Source: a bacterium (GTDB taxonomy: Bacteria > Krumholzibacteriota > Krumholzibacteriia > LZORAL124-64-63). Taken from it: a stretch of DNA of 20,586 nt. The DNA lies in contig JANOEP010000069.1 of assembly GCA_031441465.1 (NCBI GenBank), forward strand, positions 1 to 20,586, in the 5' to 3' direction. The notes below the pieces were generated by a model. That model was not told the origin of the DNA. It saw only the letters and a program-made list of their open reading frames with translations, and ran no database searches. A program made the position numbers and the translations under genes. How positions within the stretch are numbered: position 1 is the stretch's first letter; each line of letters starts with the position of its first letter. This document shows, piece after piece, positions 1 to 8,206 of this stretch.

Positions 1-56
1 GCTTCACGCTCGTCGGCCGACAGAACGATGGGTGTTACGGATCGACCGCGTGGCAT
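1..56 (-). CDS. IS630-family transposase, N-terminal fragment (partial at window edge)
   Basis: ATG at 56-54 with AGGAGG (69-64) upstream. Translates MPRGRSVTPIVLSADERE..., resembling the usual IS630 start 'MxRGRxxxxLxLSxEERxxL'. Too short for the ORF track. Confidence 0.7.
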   Translation of the reverse strand, partial: MPRGRSVTPIVLSADERE

Positions 57-140
57 AATCGCACCTCCTGTGGAAGACCTCGGGAGAAGTCTACAACAGG
101 GGCGCTATATAGTATAGTTAATCTTGGGACAGGACACTAG
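1..140 (-). mobile_element. Left end of an IS630-family insertion sequence (continues beyond the window edge)
   Basis: The minus strand reads CTAG-TGTCCTGTCCCAAGATTAACTATA..., i.e. a CTAG/TA target (137-140) followed by a terminal sequence of the kind seen in IS630 elements. An AGGAGG RBS and a transposase-like N-terminus follow. Hand count is 76/140 G+C (54%) versus 94/120 (78%) at 241-360. The second end is not in the window. Confidence 0.75.
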
Positions 141-147
141 CGGGCAG

Positions 148-176
148 TTGCCCGGTCCGCCGTCGCGGGGCATTAT
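148..176 (+). promoter_or_regulatory. Candidate sigma70-type promoter for the deaminase gene
   Basis: TTGCCC (148-153), 17 nt spacer, CATTAT (171-176), 38 nt upstream of the ATG at 215. The -35 overlaps the palindrome CGGGCA-GT-TGCCCG (141-154). Confidence 0.4.
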
Positions 177-214
177 AGGGGATGTGGACCGCAATCCCAA
201 CCACGGAGCTGACC

Positions 215-1525
215 ATGCGCGACCCGGACCTCTTCCTGCTCGAACACGCCGACCCCCTGGTCACGATGGACCCCGCCCGCCGCGTCCTGGACGACGGCTG
301 GGTGGCGGCGCGCGACGGGCTGATCGTCGGGGTGGGCGCGGGTCCGGCGCCCGCGCAGATCGACGGCGAACCCTGCGCGCGCTTCCGGCGGCTCGACGCG
401 CGGGGCCGGGTCGTGCTGCCGGGCCTGGTCAACACGCACCACCACCTCTACCAGACGCGCACGCGGGCCTGGCCCGGCGCCGTCGACGCGGAGCTGTTCC
501 CCTGGCTCGAGACGCTCTACCCGGTCTGGGCCGGCCTCTCGGACGAGGACGTCCACCGCGGCGCGCTGGTCGGCTGCCGCGAGCTGCTGCGCTCGGGCTG
601 CACCACGACCACCGACCACCACTACCTGTTCCCGCGCGACGCCTCGCCGGAGCTGATCGACATCACGGTGGCGGCGGCCCGCGAGGCGGGCATCCGCTTC
701 CACCCCACGCGCGGCAGCATGTCGCGCTCGCGGAAGGACGGCGGCCTGCCGCCGGACTCCGTGGTGCAGGACCACGACACGATCCTGGCCGACAGCGAAC
801 GGGTCATCCGGCTGCACCACGACCCCGCCCCGGACGCGATGACCCGCATCGCGCTCGCCCCCTGCTCGCCGTTCTCGGTCACCCCGGAGCTGATGCGCGA
901 CACGGCCGCGCTGGCCCGCCGCTTCGGCGTCCGCCTGCACACGCACCTGTCCGAGACGCGCGACGAGAACGACTACTGCACGCGCGTCTACGGGATGCGG
1001 CCGGTGGACCTGCTGGAGGACTGCGGCTGGCTGGCCGACGACGTCTGGCTGGCGCACGGCATCTGGTTCGACGACGCGGAGATCGCGCGGCTGGGGCGCG
1101 CGGGCGTCGCGATCGCCCACTGCCCCACCTCGAACATGCGCCTGGGCTCGGGCATCTGCCGCGTGCGCGACCTGCGGGCCGCGGGCTGCCCCGTCGGCCT
1201 GGCGGTGGACGGGTCGGCGAGCAACGACTCCTCCCACCTGCTGGCCGAGCTGCGCCAGTGCTTGCTGCTGCACCGCGTCCTGGGCGGCGCCGGCGGGATG
1301 ACGGTCGGGGAAGTGCTGGAGATGGCGACCCTGGGCGGCGCCGCCTGCCTCGGGCGCGACGACGTGGGTTCGCTCGCGCCGGGCAAGGCCTGCGACCTGG
1401 CGCTCTTCGACCTCGGGGACCTGGCCTACGACCGCGTGGGCGACCGCGTGGCCGCTCTGCTGCTCTGCCACCCCCGCGACGCCGCGGCGGTCGTGGTCGG
1501 CGGTCGTGAGGTCGCGCTCGGCTGA
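215..1525 (+). CDS. 8-oxoguanine deaminase-like metal-dependent amidohydrolase (AtzB/8-OGD subgroup), 436 aa
   Basis: Motifs PGLVNTHHHLYQT, GCTTTTDHHY, PCSPFS (characteristic of 8-oxoguanine deaminases), HTHLSET, AHCPTSNMRLGSG and VDGSASND. Start moved to ATG 215 because of GGAG at 205-208. Confidence 0.85.
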   Translation: MRDPDLFLLEHADPLVTMDPARRVLDDGWVAARDGLIVGVGAGPAPAQIDGEPCARFRRLDARGRVVLPGLVNTHHHLYQTRTRAWPGAVDAELFPWLETLYPVWAGLSDEDVHRGALVGCRELLRSGCTTTTDHHYLFPRDASPELIDITVAAAREAGIRFHPTRGSMSRSRKDGGLPPDSVVQDHDTILADSERVIRLHHDPAPDAMTRIALAPCSPFSVTPELMRDTAALARRFGVRLHTHLSETRDENDYCTRVYGMRPVDLLEDCGWLADDVWLAHGIWFDDAEIARLGRAGVAIAHCPTSNMRLGSGICRVRDLRAAGCPVGLAVDGSASNDSSHLLAELRQCLLLHRVLGGAGGMTVGEVLEMATLGGAACLGRDDVGSLAPGKACDLALFDLGDLAYDRVGDRVAALLLCHPRDAAAVVVGGREVALG

Positions 1526-1538
1526 GACCCCGGCCGGG

Positions 1539-3164
1539 TCAGAAGAGCCAGTCCGTGCTCAGGAACGAGCCGTGCCCCTCGCGCACGATCCGCGAGAACA
1601 GCTCCTTGTTGGCGTCGGTGGCCCGCGTCGCGGCCAGGGTGCGGATCGAGAAGACCCGCAGGGCGTCGCTCACCGACAGCGTGCCCTCGGCGGAGTCCTT
1701 GCGCCCGGTGAACGGGTACGTGTCGGGTCCGCGCTGGCACTGGGCGTTGACGTTGACGCGGCAGACCTGATTGACCAGCTGGTCGACCAGCCGGCCGACG
1801 ACCGCGGGATCGCGCCCGAACAGGCTGGCCTGCTGGCCGTAGGGCGACTCCATGATCGCGCGCACCGGTTCCTCGACGTCGTCGAAGACCGCCACCGGCA
1901 CCACGGGGCCGAACTGCTCCTCGTGGAAGATCCGCATGCCCGGCGCCGCCGGGTACACCACGGCCGGGTGGACGTAGGTGCCGTGCGCGACGCCGCCGTC
2001 GGGGTTGAGCACCTGCGCGCCGCGGGCGCGGGCGTCCGCGACGAGTTCCGCGAGGTACTGCGGCTTGCCGGCCTCGGGCAGCGGGGTGATCTGCGCGCCG
2101 GCATCCCAGGGCAACCCGGGGCGCAGGGCATCCACGGCGGCGACCAGGCGGCGGTTGAACTCCGCCGCGAGGCTGCGGTGCACGAAGATCAATTTGAGCG
2201 CCGTGCAGCGCTGGCCGTTGAACGACAGGGCGCCCGCGACGCATTCCGCGACCGCCTCGTCCAGATCGGCGTCGGGCAGCACGATGGCGGCGTTCTTGGC
2301 CTCGAGGCCCAGCACGCAACGCAGGCGGTGGGGCTTCGGGTGCTGCCGGCGCAGGATGTCGGCCACGCGGCTGGTGCCGATGAAGGCCAGCACGTCGATC
2401 CGGCCGGAGGCCATCAGCGGGCCCACGATCGTCGCGCCGTCGCCGTACACCGTGTTGACGACCCCGGGCGGGAAGGCGTCGCGGAAATCCGCGAGCAGCG
2501 GGTGGTGCAGCAGCACGCCCAGCTTGGGCGGCTTGAAGATGACCGTGTTGCCCATGACCAGGGCCGGGATCAGCGTGGCGAACGTCTCGTTCAGCGGGTA
2601 GTTGAACGGGCCCATGCACAGCACGACCCCCAGCGGCGAGCGGCGGATCTGGCCGACGATCCCCTCGTTCTGCTCGAAGCGCGACGAGGCGCGGTCCAGT
2701 TCCTTCATCGCCGCCACGGTGTCGTGGATGTAGGCGACGGTGCGGTCGAACTCCTTGCGCGCGTCGGGCAGCGACTTGCCGATCTCCCACATGATCATCC
2801 GCACGACCTCGTCGCGGCGTCGCGCCATCCGCGCGGCGAAGTCCTCCACGTGGGCCAGGCGCCGGCGCACGGCCATCGTGGGCCAAAGGCCGCGGCCGTG
2901 GTCCCAGGCCGCGCCCGCGGCGGCGAGCGCCGCCAGCGCCTGCTCGGCGCCCAGCACCGGGTAGGAACCGATCACCGCTTGCCGCGGGCCCGTGGTCGAG
3001 GGCACGCACACCGGCGACAACACGCGCTTGGTGGCCCCGTCCCAATCCCGCAGCTCGCCGCCGCAGAGCCAGGATGACTGCTCGACCAGCCCCGGCAGGC
3101 GGTGTTCGGGCGGCACGGCCTCGAGGTTCGGGAACAGCCGGCTGAAACGATCGGGTCCGGTCAT
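1539..3164 (-). CDS. gapN: NADP-dependent non-phosphorylating glyceraldehyde-3-phosphate dehydrogenase-like aldehyde dehydrogenase, 541 aa
   Basis: ALDH motifs MGPFNYPLNET, FKPPKLG, AFIGTS, LGLEAKN, catalytic FNGQRCTA, EEQFGP and FTGRKDSAEGTLSV. The long N-terminus and LGL[DE]AKN are typical of the ~540-aa GapN subgroup. Start ATG 3164 has AGGA upstream; the ORF-track extension to 3473 overlaps the divergent gene. Confidence 0.85.
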   Translation of the reverse strand: MTGPDRFSRLFPNLEAVPPEHRLPGLVEQSSWLCGGELRDWDGATKRVLSPVCVPSTTGPRQAVIGSYPVLGAEQALAALAAAGAAWDHGRGLWPTMAVRRRLAHVEDFAARMARRRDEVVRMIMWEIGKSLPDARKEFDRTVAYIHDTVAAMKELDRASSRFEQNEGIVGQIRRSPLGVVLCMGPFNYPLNETFATLIPALVMGNTVIFKPPKLGVLLHHPLLADFRDAFPPGVVNTVYGDGATIVGPLMASGRIDVLAFIGTSRVADILRRQHPKPHRLRCVLGLEAKNAAIVLPDADLDEAVAECVAGALSFNGQRCTALKLIFVHRSLAAEFNRRLVAAVDALRPGLPWDAGAQITPLPEAGKPQYLAELVADARARGAQVLNPDGGVAHGTYVHPAVVYPAAPGMRIFHEEQFGPVVPVAVFDDVEEPVRAIMESPYGQQASLFGRDPAVVGRLVDQLVNQVCRVNVNAQCQRGPDTYPFTGRKDSAEGTLSVSDALRVFSIRTLAATRATDANKELFSRIVREGHGSFLSTDWLF

Positions 3165-3208
3165 GGGTCCTGCCTTGCTGGGGGGTGCGCGGGGTCGCGG
3201 CTGCCGAC

Positions 3209-3223
3209 AATCTATGCTAGGCT
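3209..3223. promoter_or_regulatory. Overlapping divergent -10-like elements between gapN and the esterase
   Basis: AT-rich patch AATCTATGCTAGGCT in a GC-rich spacer. Plus strand: TATGCT (3213-3218) and extended TG-C-TAGGCT (3215-3223). Minus strand: TAGATT (3214-3209) and TAGCAT (3219-3214). No convincing -35. Confidence 0.35.
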
Positions 3224-3279
3224 GCCCGGACGGACCATGTGAAAACCCGGTGAAGATCCGGCGGGAGGGCCAGGGTTTC

Positions 3280-4422
3280 ATGCGCACCAAGGTGTTGACG
3301 TTGCCGATGCTCGCCGTCGCGACCATCGCCGCCGCCGCGCTCGCCGTCGCGGCCGTCCCGCCGCTCGAGCGCCTGGTCGCCATCGAGCGCCTGCCCATGC
3401 CCCAACGCCAGGCCGCGGTCACCACGCTGCTCGCCGACCACCCCTTCAACCCCGTCGTCGCGGGCGGCGACACGTTGCTGCTGTTCTACCGCGGACCCGG
3501 CCACGACGTGCGGCTCGCCGGCGACCAGACCGCCTGGCTGCCGACGCTGCCGCTGGCGCATCTGCCGGGCACCGACTTGTGGTCCTGCGTCCTGGCCCTG
3601 CCGACGCGCTCGCGGGTCGACTACAAGTTCGTGGTCGACGCGCTGTGGCTGCTCGACGCGCGCAACCCGCGGACCTGCACCGGCGGTTACGGGCCCAACT
3701 CCGAGCTGCGCGGGCTCGACTACCTCGAACCGGATTTCGTCGCCGCTCCGGTCGCGGCCGCCTGCCGGGTGGACCGCTACGAGCTGCCGGCGCCGGCGCT
3801 CGGCGGCCCCCGCGAGTTCCTGGTGCTGACCCCCCCGGGCGAGCCGCGCGGCCGGCGCCCCTGCCTGCTGGTCCACGACGGCCTGGAGTACGTCACGCTG
3901 GGTGGCCTGGACCGCGCGCTGGCCTGGCTCGCCGCGCAGCGTCCCGACGTCGACTGGCCGATCTGCGTGTGCGTCCCGCCGGGGCGCCGCACCGATGAAT
4001 ACGCCGGGGGGCTGCAGGAACCGTTCGGCTTGTGGCTGACCGGCACGCTGCAGCCCTTCGTCGCCGTGCAGCACGACGTGGGGATGACGTGGGGCGTCAT
4101 GGGCGCCAGCTACGGCGGCAACGCCGCGCTCAACCTGGCCCGCCGCTACCCCGGCCGCTTCGACCGCGTGGCCGCGATGAGCCCGTACGTCGCGCCCGAA
4201 CAGACGATCGGCTACGCGGCGATGCCCCCGCAGAGCGTGCGGGTCTACCTGAACTGGGGCGCCTTCGACCTGCCTCAGCTGATCCCGATGGACCGCGAGT
4301 TCGCCGCGCTGCTGGCCGGGTTCGGCTTCACCTGCCTGTCGGAAGAGAAGCCCCAGGGACATTCCTGGGGCTTCTGGCGGGACGCCCTTCCTTCGGCGCT
4401 GACGTTCCTCTACGGACCGTAG
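3280..4422 (+). CDS. Secreted enterochelin-esterase-like alpha/beta hydrolase with N-terminal Ig-like (CBM48/E-set) domain, 380 aa
   Basis: Signal-peptide-like MRTKVLTLPMLAVATIAAAALAVAA. E-set-type segment (LAGD...GTDLW...YKFVVD...LDARNP), then LLVHDG, nucleophile elbow GASYGG and catalytic His in GHSWGFW. GGGAGG upstream of ATG 3280. Confidence 0.8.
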   Translation: MRTKVLTLPMLAVATIAAAALAVAAVPPLERLVAIERLPMPQRQAAVTTLLADHPFNPVVAGGDTLLLFYRGPGHDVRLAGDQTAWLPTLPLAHLPGTDLWSCVLALPTRSRVDYKFVVDALWLLDARNPRTCTGGYGPNSELRGLDYLEPDFVAAPVAAACRVDRYELPAPALGGPREFLVLTPPGEPRGRRPCLLVHDGLEYVTLGGLDRALAWLAAQRPDVDWPICVCVPPGRRTDEYAGGLQEPFGLWLTGTLQPFVAVQHDVGMTWGVMGASYGGNAALNLARRYPGRFDRVAAMSPYVAPEQTIGYAAMPPQSVRVYLNWGAFDLPQLIPMDREFAALLAGFGFTCLSEEKPQGHSWGFWRDALPSALTFLYGP

Positions 4423-4427
4423 GCCGG

Positions 4428-7400
4428 TTACTTCCGCACGCCCTCCCCCGGTTTGCTCTTGTCGGGATAGGCCGGCGTCGCGGGGATCCGCCACGTCGCT
4501 CCCTCGTCCTTCAGACGGCCGAGCAGGTGCCCGATCGCGAAGTCGAGCTGCTCGTCCTTGCCGGCCACGACGTTGGCGGGCTGATTCTGCACCGCGAGGT
4601 GGGGCTCGACGCCGCGGCCCTCGATGATCCACTTCCCGTGCAGGTCGTAGAGGCCGAACTGGGGCGGGGTGACTGTGCCGCCGTCGACGAGGTCCTGGTG
4701 GGGCTCGATGCCGATGGCGCCGCCCCAGGTGCGCATGCCGATCACGGTGGCGAGGTCCCTGACCTTGACCGCTTCGGCGAAGAACTCGCCGTTGCTGCCG
4801 GTGTCCTCGTTGATCAGGACCGCCAGCGGCCCGTGGAACACGCGCTCGGGGTTGCGGCCGGGGCCGCCTTCGCGCGGGATGGTCATGGACCACAGCACGC
4901 GCTCGAGCCGGTCGATGATCATGTCGCCGACGAAGCCGCCGCCGTTGTCGCGCTCGTCGATGACGAGGCCCTCCTTGCCCGCCTGCGGGTACCAGTAGGC
5001 GCCGAACTCGACGAGGCCGGCCTCGCCCATATCGGGCAGGTGGAGGTAGCCGAGGCGGCCGCCCGACTTCTCCTCGACGTAGCGGCGGTTGGCCTCCACC
5101 CAGGCGCGGTAGCGCAGGCCGACCTCGCCGCGCAGCGGCTCCACGACGACCGTGCGCGGGTGCTTGCCCTCGGGGTTGTCGGCGACCGTCAGCTCGACCG
5201 TCCGGCCGGCGCCGTCGGCGAGCAGCTCGTAGGGGTTGGCGCGGGGGGCCAGCGACCGGCCGTCGACGGCCAGCAGGAAGTCGCCCTCGCGCACGTCCAC
5301 GCCGGGTTCGTCCAGCGGCGAGCGCGCGTCGGCGTCCCAGCTGCGGCCGGGCAGGATGCGGGCGATGCGCACGCCGCCGCTAGGCTGATCGACGGCGAAG
5401 TCGCAGCCGAGCATCGCCGTGCGCGACGGTTCGCCGGCGTGCTGCTGGTCGCCCCCGTAGACGTAGGTGTGGCCGATGTTCAACTCGGCGATCATCTCCC
5501 CGATCAGGTAGGTGAGGTCGCCGCGCGCGCCGCACCACGGGACCAGGGCGGCGTACTTGTCGTGGATCTTGCGCCAGTCGACGCCGTGCATGCCCTCGTC
5601 GTAGAACCAGTCGCGCTCGATGCGCCAGGCCTCGTCGAACATCTGGCGGTACTCCTGCGCGCGGTCCACGCGCAGGCGCACGCCGTCGAGGTCGACCGCG
5701 CCGTCGCCGGGCTTGAACTCCTGCCCCGCGTCGACCACGCCGTAGGCGGCGCCGGCGCGGTACGCCATCTTCTTGCCGTCGGCCGACAGGTGATAGTTGG
5801 CGAGACCGGCGCCCAGGTCCTTGGCCTCGCGCTCCTCGATGTCGTACGCCACGAGGGCGAGGTCGCTCTCGGCGGTGCGGTCGTCGACGGTCTGGTACTT
5901 GGAGAAGATCGGCTCGTCGCGGCGCAGCATCAGGCAGCCGTCGGCGGTCGCGGTGAGGCGGAAGTAGTTGCCGGCGTCCACGCCGGGGACCGCCAGCACG
6001 CGCTCGCCGAGACCGGCGAGATCGACCCGGGTGGCGGCGGCCTTGCCGGCGTCGCCGGAACCGTCCGGGTCCTTCTTGTCGTCCGCCTTCTTGTCGTCGA
6101 CCGTCGCTGTGACCAGGCCCGGATCCTCGAAGAACGGCGAGCGCTCGCCGTCCTTCAGCAGCACGAGGTAGGGCTTCGCCAGGTCCATGAAGATGTGGTT
6201 CTGATCCTGCCGGTCCATGATCGGGGTGAACGTGCGGTTGCTCAGGAACCAGAGGTAGCGCCCCTCGGGATCGAATCCGGGCGACCAGCTCGTGAAGAAG
6301 TCGTCGGTGACCTGCGTGATCTTGCCGGAGGCGAGTCCGTAGAGGCAGATCACCTCGTTCATGTTCTCGGTGTTCTTGCTGTAGGCCACCCACTGGCCGT
6401 CGGGCGACCAGACGTAGTCGAGGATGCCCCACCGCTCCCAGGCGTCGTCGTACTCGCCCTGGTCGATCACGGTGATCTTCCCGGTGCCGACATCCACCAT
6501 GTTCAGGCGCATGAACTTGTCGCCCCAGAGAATCCGCTGCGAGTCGGGCGACCAGACGGGCTGCAGCAGGAAGCCCCGGTTGTCGGGCGTCAGCGAACGC
6601 CAGGGATCGCGGCCGCGCTGGTCGGCGAGGTAGAGCTGCTCCTCGCCGCTGCGGTCGCTGACGAAGCAGACCCAGCGGCCGTCCGGCGACCAGGCGGCGT
6701 TCTTCTCGCGGCTGGCGCTGGAACGGGAGAGGTCGAACCACTCGCCCTTCTCGGCGGGCAGGCTGAGGATCTCGCCGCGGGCCTCCAGCAGCAGGCGTTC
6801 GCCGGCGGGCGACAGGCCGAAGCTGCCGGTCGCCGGCGCCGCGTCGACCAGTTCGGAGCGCATCGGCGCGCGGTCGGTGGCGACGTCGATCGCGACCTCG
6901 CGGTCGGCGCCGGTGGCGAGGTCCAGCACGCGCAGGCCGCCGGCGTGCTGGTAGACGACCATGCCGGCGCCGCAGCCCGGCGACTTCACGTCGTAGTCGC
7001 GGTACTGCGTCAGGCGCGTCACGCCCGAGCCCGCGGGGTCCATCGCGTAGAGGTTGAGGGTGCCGTCCTCGCGGTCGCTCAGGAAGACGATGCTGTCCTG
7101 CCACCACATCGGGAAATTATCGGTGCCCTCGAAGTCGGTGACCTTCACGATGGCGCCGGAGGCGAAGTCGGCCACCCACACGTCCTGGGCCATGCCGCCC
7201 TGGTAGCGCTTCCAGGTGGCGCCCTCGCGGGCGATGCGGTTGTAGGCGAGGCGCTTGCCGTCGGGCGAGAAGCTCGCCAGCGCGCCGCGGTCGACGGCCA
7301 CCTTCTCGGGCAGGCCGCCCTCGCGGTCGACGAGGAAGAGCTGCGGCTGGCCGAGCGGGTGCTCCCGCGCCGACCGGAACAGGATGCGCCGGCCGTCGGG

Positions 7401-7760
7401 ATGCCAGTCGAGCGTCTGGTCCGCGCCGGCGTGGAACGTCAGCCGGCGCGGCGCGCCGCCGGCGGTCGGCATCACGTAGACGTCGGCGCCGCCGTCGTAG
7501 TCGCCGGTGAAGGCGACCCACTGGCCGTCAGGGCTGAACCTGCCGGCGGTCTCGAAGCCGGGACCGTTGGTGAGCCGGTGGGCCCGGCCGCCGGACGCCG
7601 GCGCCAGCCAGAGGTCGTCCTCGTAGGTGAAGACGAGGTGCTCGGCGCTGATGTCGGGGTTGCGCATGAGCTGCGACGCGCCCGGTGCGGAAGCGGACAC
7701 GCCGGCGGGCGCGGCGGCCGTCAGCACGACCGCGAGGGTGAGGATGGCCAGTCGTTTCAA
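4428..7760 (-). CDS. Tricorn protease homolog (peptidase S41; beta-propellers, PDZ, catalytic domain), exported, about 1110 aa
   Basis: TolB/PD40-like repeats (FSPDGQWVAF, WHPDG, FSPDGKRLAY, WSPDG), 'QMFDEAWR..RDWFYDEGMHGVDW', ELNIGHTY (His), PDZ-like segment, GYLHLPDM, IDERDNGGG, catalytic TGSNGE and GMRTWGG. TTG start at 7760 is preceded by AGGAGGAG and followed by the signal peptide MKRLAILTLAVVLTAAAPAGVSA. Confidence 0.92.
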   Translation of the reverse strand: MKRLAILTLAVVLTAAAPAGVSASAPGASQLMRNPDISAEHLVFTYEDDLWLAPASGGRAHRLTNGPGFETAGRFSPDGQWVAFTGDYDGGADVYVMPTAGGAPRRLTFHAGADQTLDWHPDGRRILFRSAREHPLGQPQLFLVDREGGLPEKVAVDRGALASFSPDGKRLAYNRIAREGATWKRYQGGMAQDVWVADFASGAIVKVTDFEGTDNFPMWWQDSIVFLSDREDGTLNLYAMDPAGSGVTRLTQYRDYDVKSPGCGAGMVVYQHAGGLRVLDLATGADREVAIDVATDRAPMRSELVDAAPATGSFGLSPAGERLLLEARGEILSLPAEKGEWFDLSRSSASREKNAAWSPDGRWVCFVSDRSGEEQLYLADQRGRDPWRSLTPDNRGFLLQPVWSPDSQRILWGDKFMRLNMVDVGTGKITVIDQGEYDDAWERWGILDYVWSPDGQWVAYSKNTENMNEVICLYGLASGKITQVTDDFFTSWSPGFDPEGRYLWFLSNRTFTPIMDRQDQNHIFMDLAKPYLVLLKDGERSPFFEDPGLVTATVDDKKADDKKDPDGSGDAGKAAATRVDLAGLGERVLAVPGVDAGNYFRLTATADGCLMLRRDEPIFSKYQTVDDRTAESDLALVAYDIEEREAKDLGAGLANYHLSADGKKMAYRAGAAYGVVDAGQEFKPGDGAVDLDGVRLRVDRAQEYRQMFDEAWRIERDWFYDEGMHGVDWRKIHDKYAALVPWCGARGDLTYLIGEMIAELNIGHTYVYGGDQQHAGEPSRTAMLGCDFAVDQPSGGVRIARILPGRSWDADARSPLDEPGVDVREGDFLLAVDGRSLAPRANPYELLADGAGRTVELTVADNPEGKHPRTVVVEPLRGEVGLRYRAWVEANRRYVEEKSGGRLGYLHLPDMGEAGLVEFGAYWYPQAGKEGLVIDERDNGGGFVGDMIIDRLERVLWSMTIPREGGPGRNPERVFHGPLAVLINEDTGSNGEFFAEAVKVRDLATVIGMRTWGGAIGIEPHQDLVDGGTVTPPQFGLYDLHGKWIIEGRGVEPHLAVQNQPANVVAGKDEQLDFAIGHLLGRLKDEGATWRIPATPAYPDKSKPGEGVRK

Positions 7761-7822
7761 GGGATTCTCCTCCTGGGGGACGGCTCGTGGTGGGTCGGAA
7801 CTCCGTCGTCGGGATACGGGCA

Positions 7823-8206
7823 TCAACCGGGGATCCCCGGCTTGACCATGAACGTCTTTTCCTTACGAATCTCGACCGTGCCCGGTTTCGCGCCCTGCGG
7901 TTTCGTGACGAAGCGGGCCGGCGTCCCGGAGACCGCCACCAGCTTGGCCTCGCGCACCTTGCTGTGCCAGGCGGCGACCGCGGCGGCGGCCTCGAGCACC
8001 TCGCGCGGCGGCTCCTCGCCCGCCGGCACCTGCAGCACGACGTGGCTGCTCGGGCGGCCCTTCACGTGGAACCACCAGTCGTTGGCCTTGGCGATCTTCA
8101 GGCTGAGGCGGTCGTTGTCGGCGTCGGTGCGGCCGGCCAGCACGACCCAGCCGCCGGGCAGCTCGTAGCGCCACAGGGAAGGCTCCGGGGGGCGGCGGTC
8201 CGTCAT
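7823..8206 (-). CDS. Stand-alone NFACT-R (DUF814) RNA-binding domain protein, 127 aa
   Basis: [40 protein letters not shown] and [12 protein letters not shown] match the NFACT-R domain of RqcH/FbpA proteins. ATG 8206 overlaps the upstream stop (ATGA), with GAGGCGG RBS-like sequence upstream. Confidence 0.88.
   Translation of the reverse strand: MTDRRPPEPSLWRYELPGGWVVLAGRTDADNDRLSLKIAKANDWWFHVKGRPSSHVVLQVPAGEEPPREVLEAAAAVAAWHSKVREAKLVAVSGTPARFVTKPQGAKPGTVEIRKEKTFMVKPGIPG

Noticed and set aside
1526..1540. Small hairpin GACCC-CGGCC-GGGTC between the convergent deaminase and gapN stops
   Set aside because: Only a 5-bp stem with no U tract on either strand; too weak to call a terminator.
6071..6098. 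Direct repeat CCTTCTTGTCGTC x2 in the tricorn gene
   Set aside because: Encodes the DDKKA-DDKKD low-complexity charged linker common in tricorn homologs; not a CRISPR or mobile-element repeat.
4032..8168. 1378-aa plus-strand ORF antisense to the tricorn gene
   Set aside because: Shadow frame: high GC3 codon bias removes stops on the opposite strand. It has no recognisable motifs, while the minus strand encodes a clear tricorn protease.
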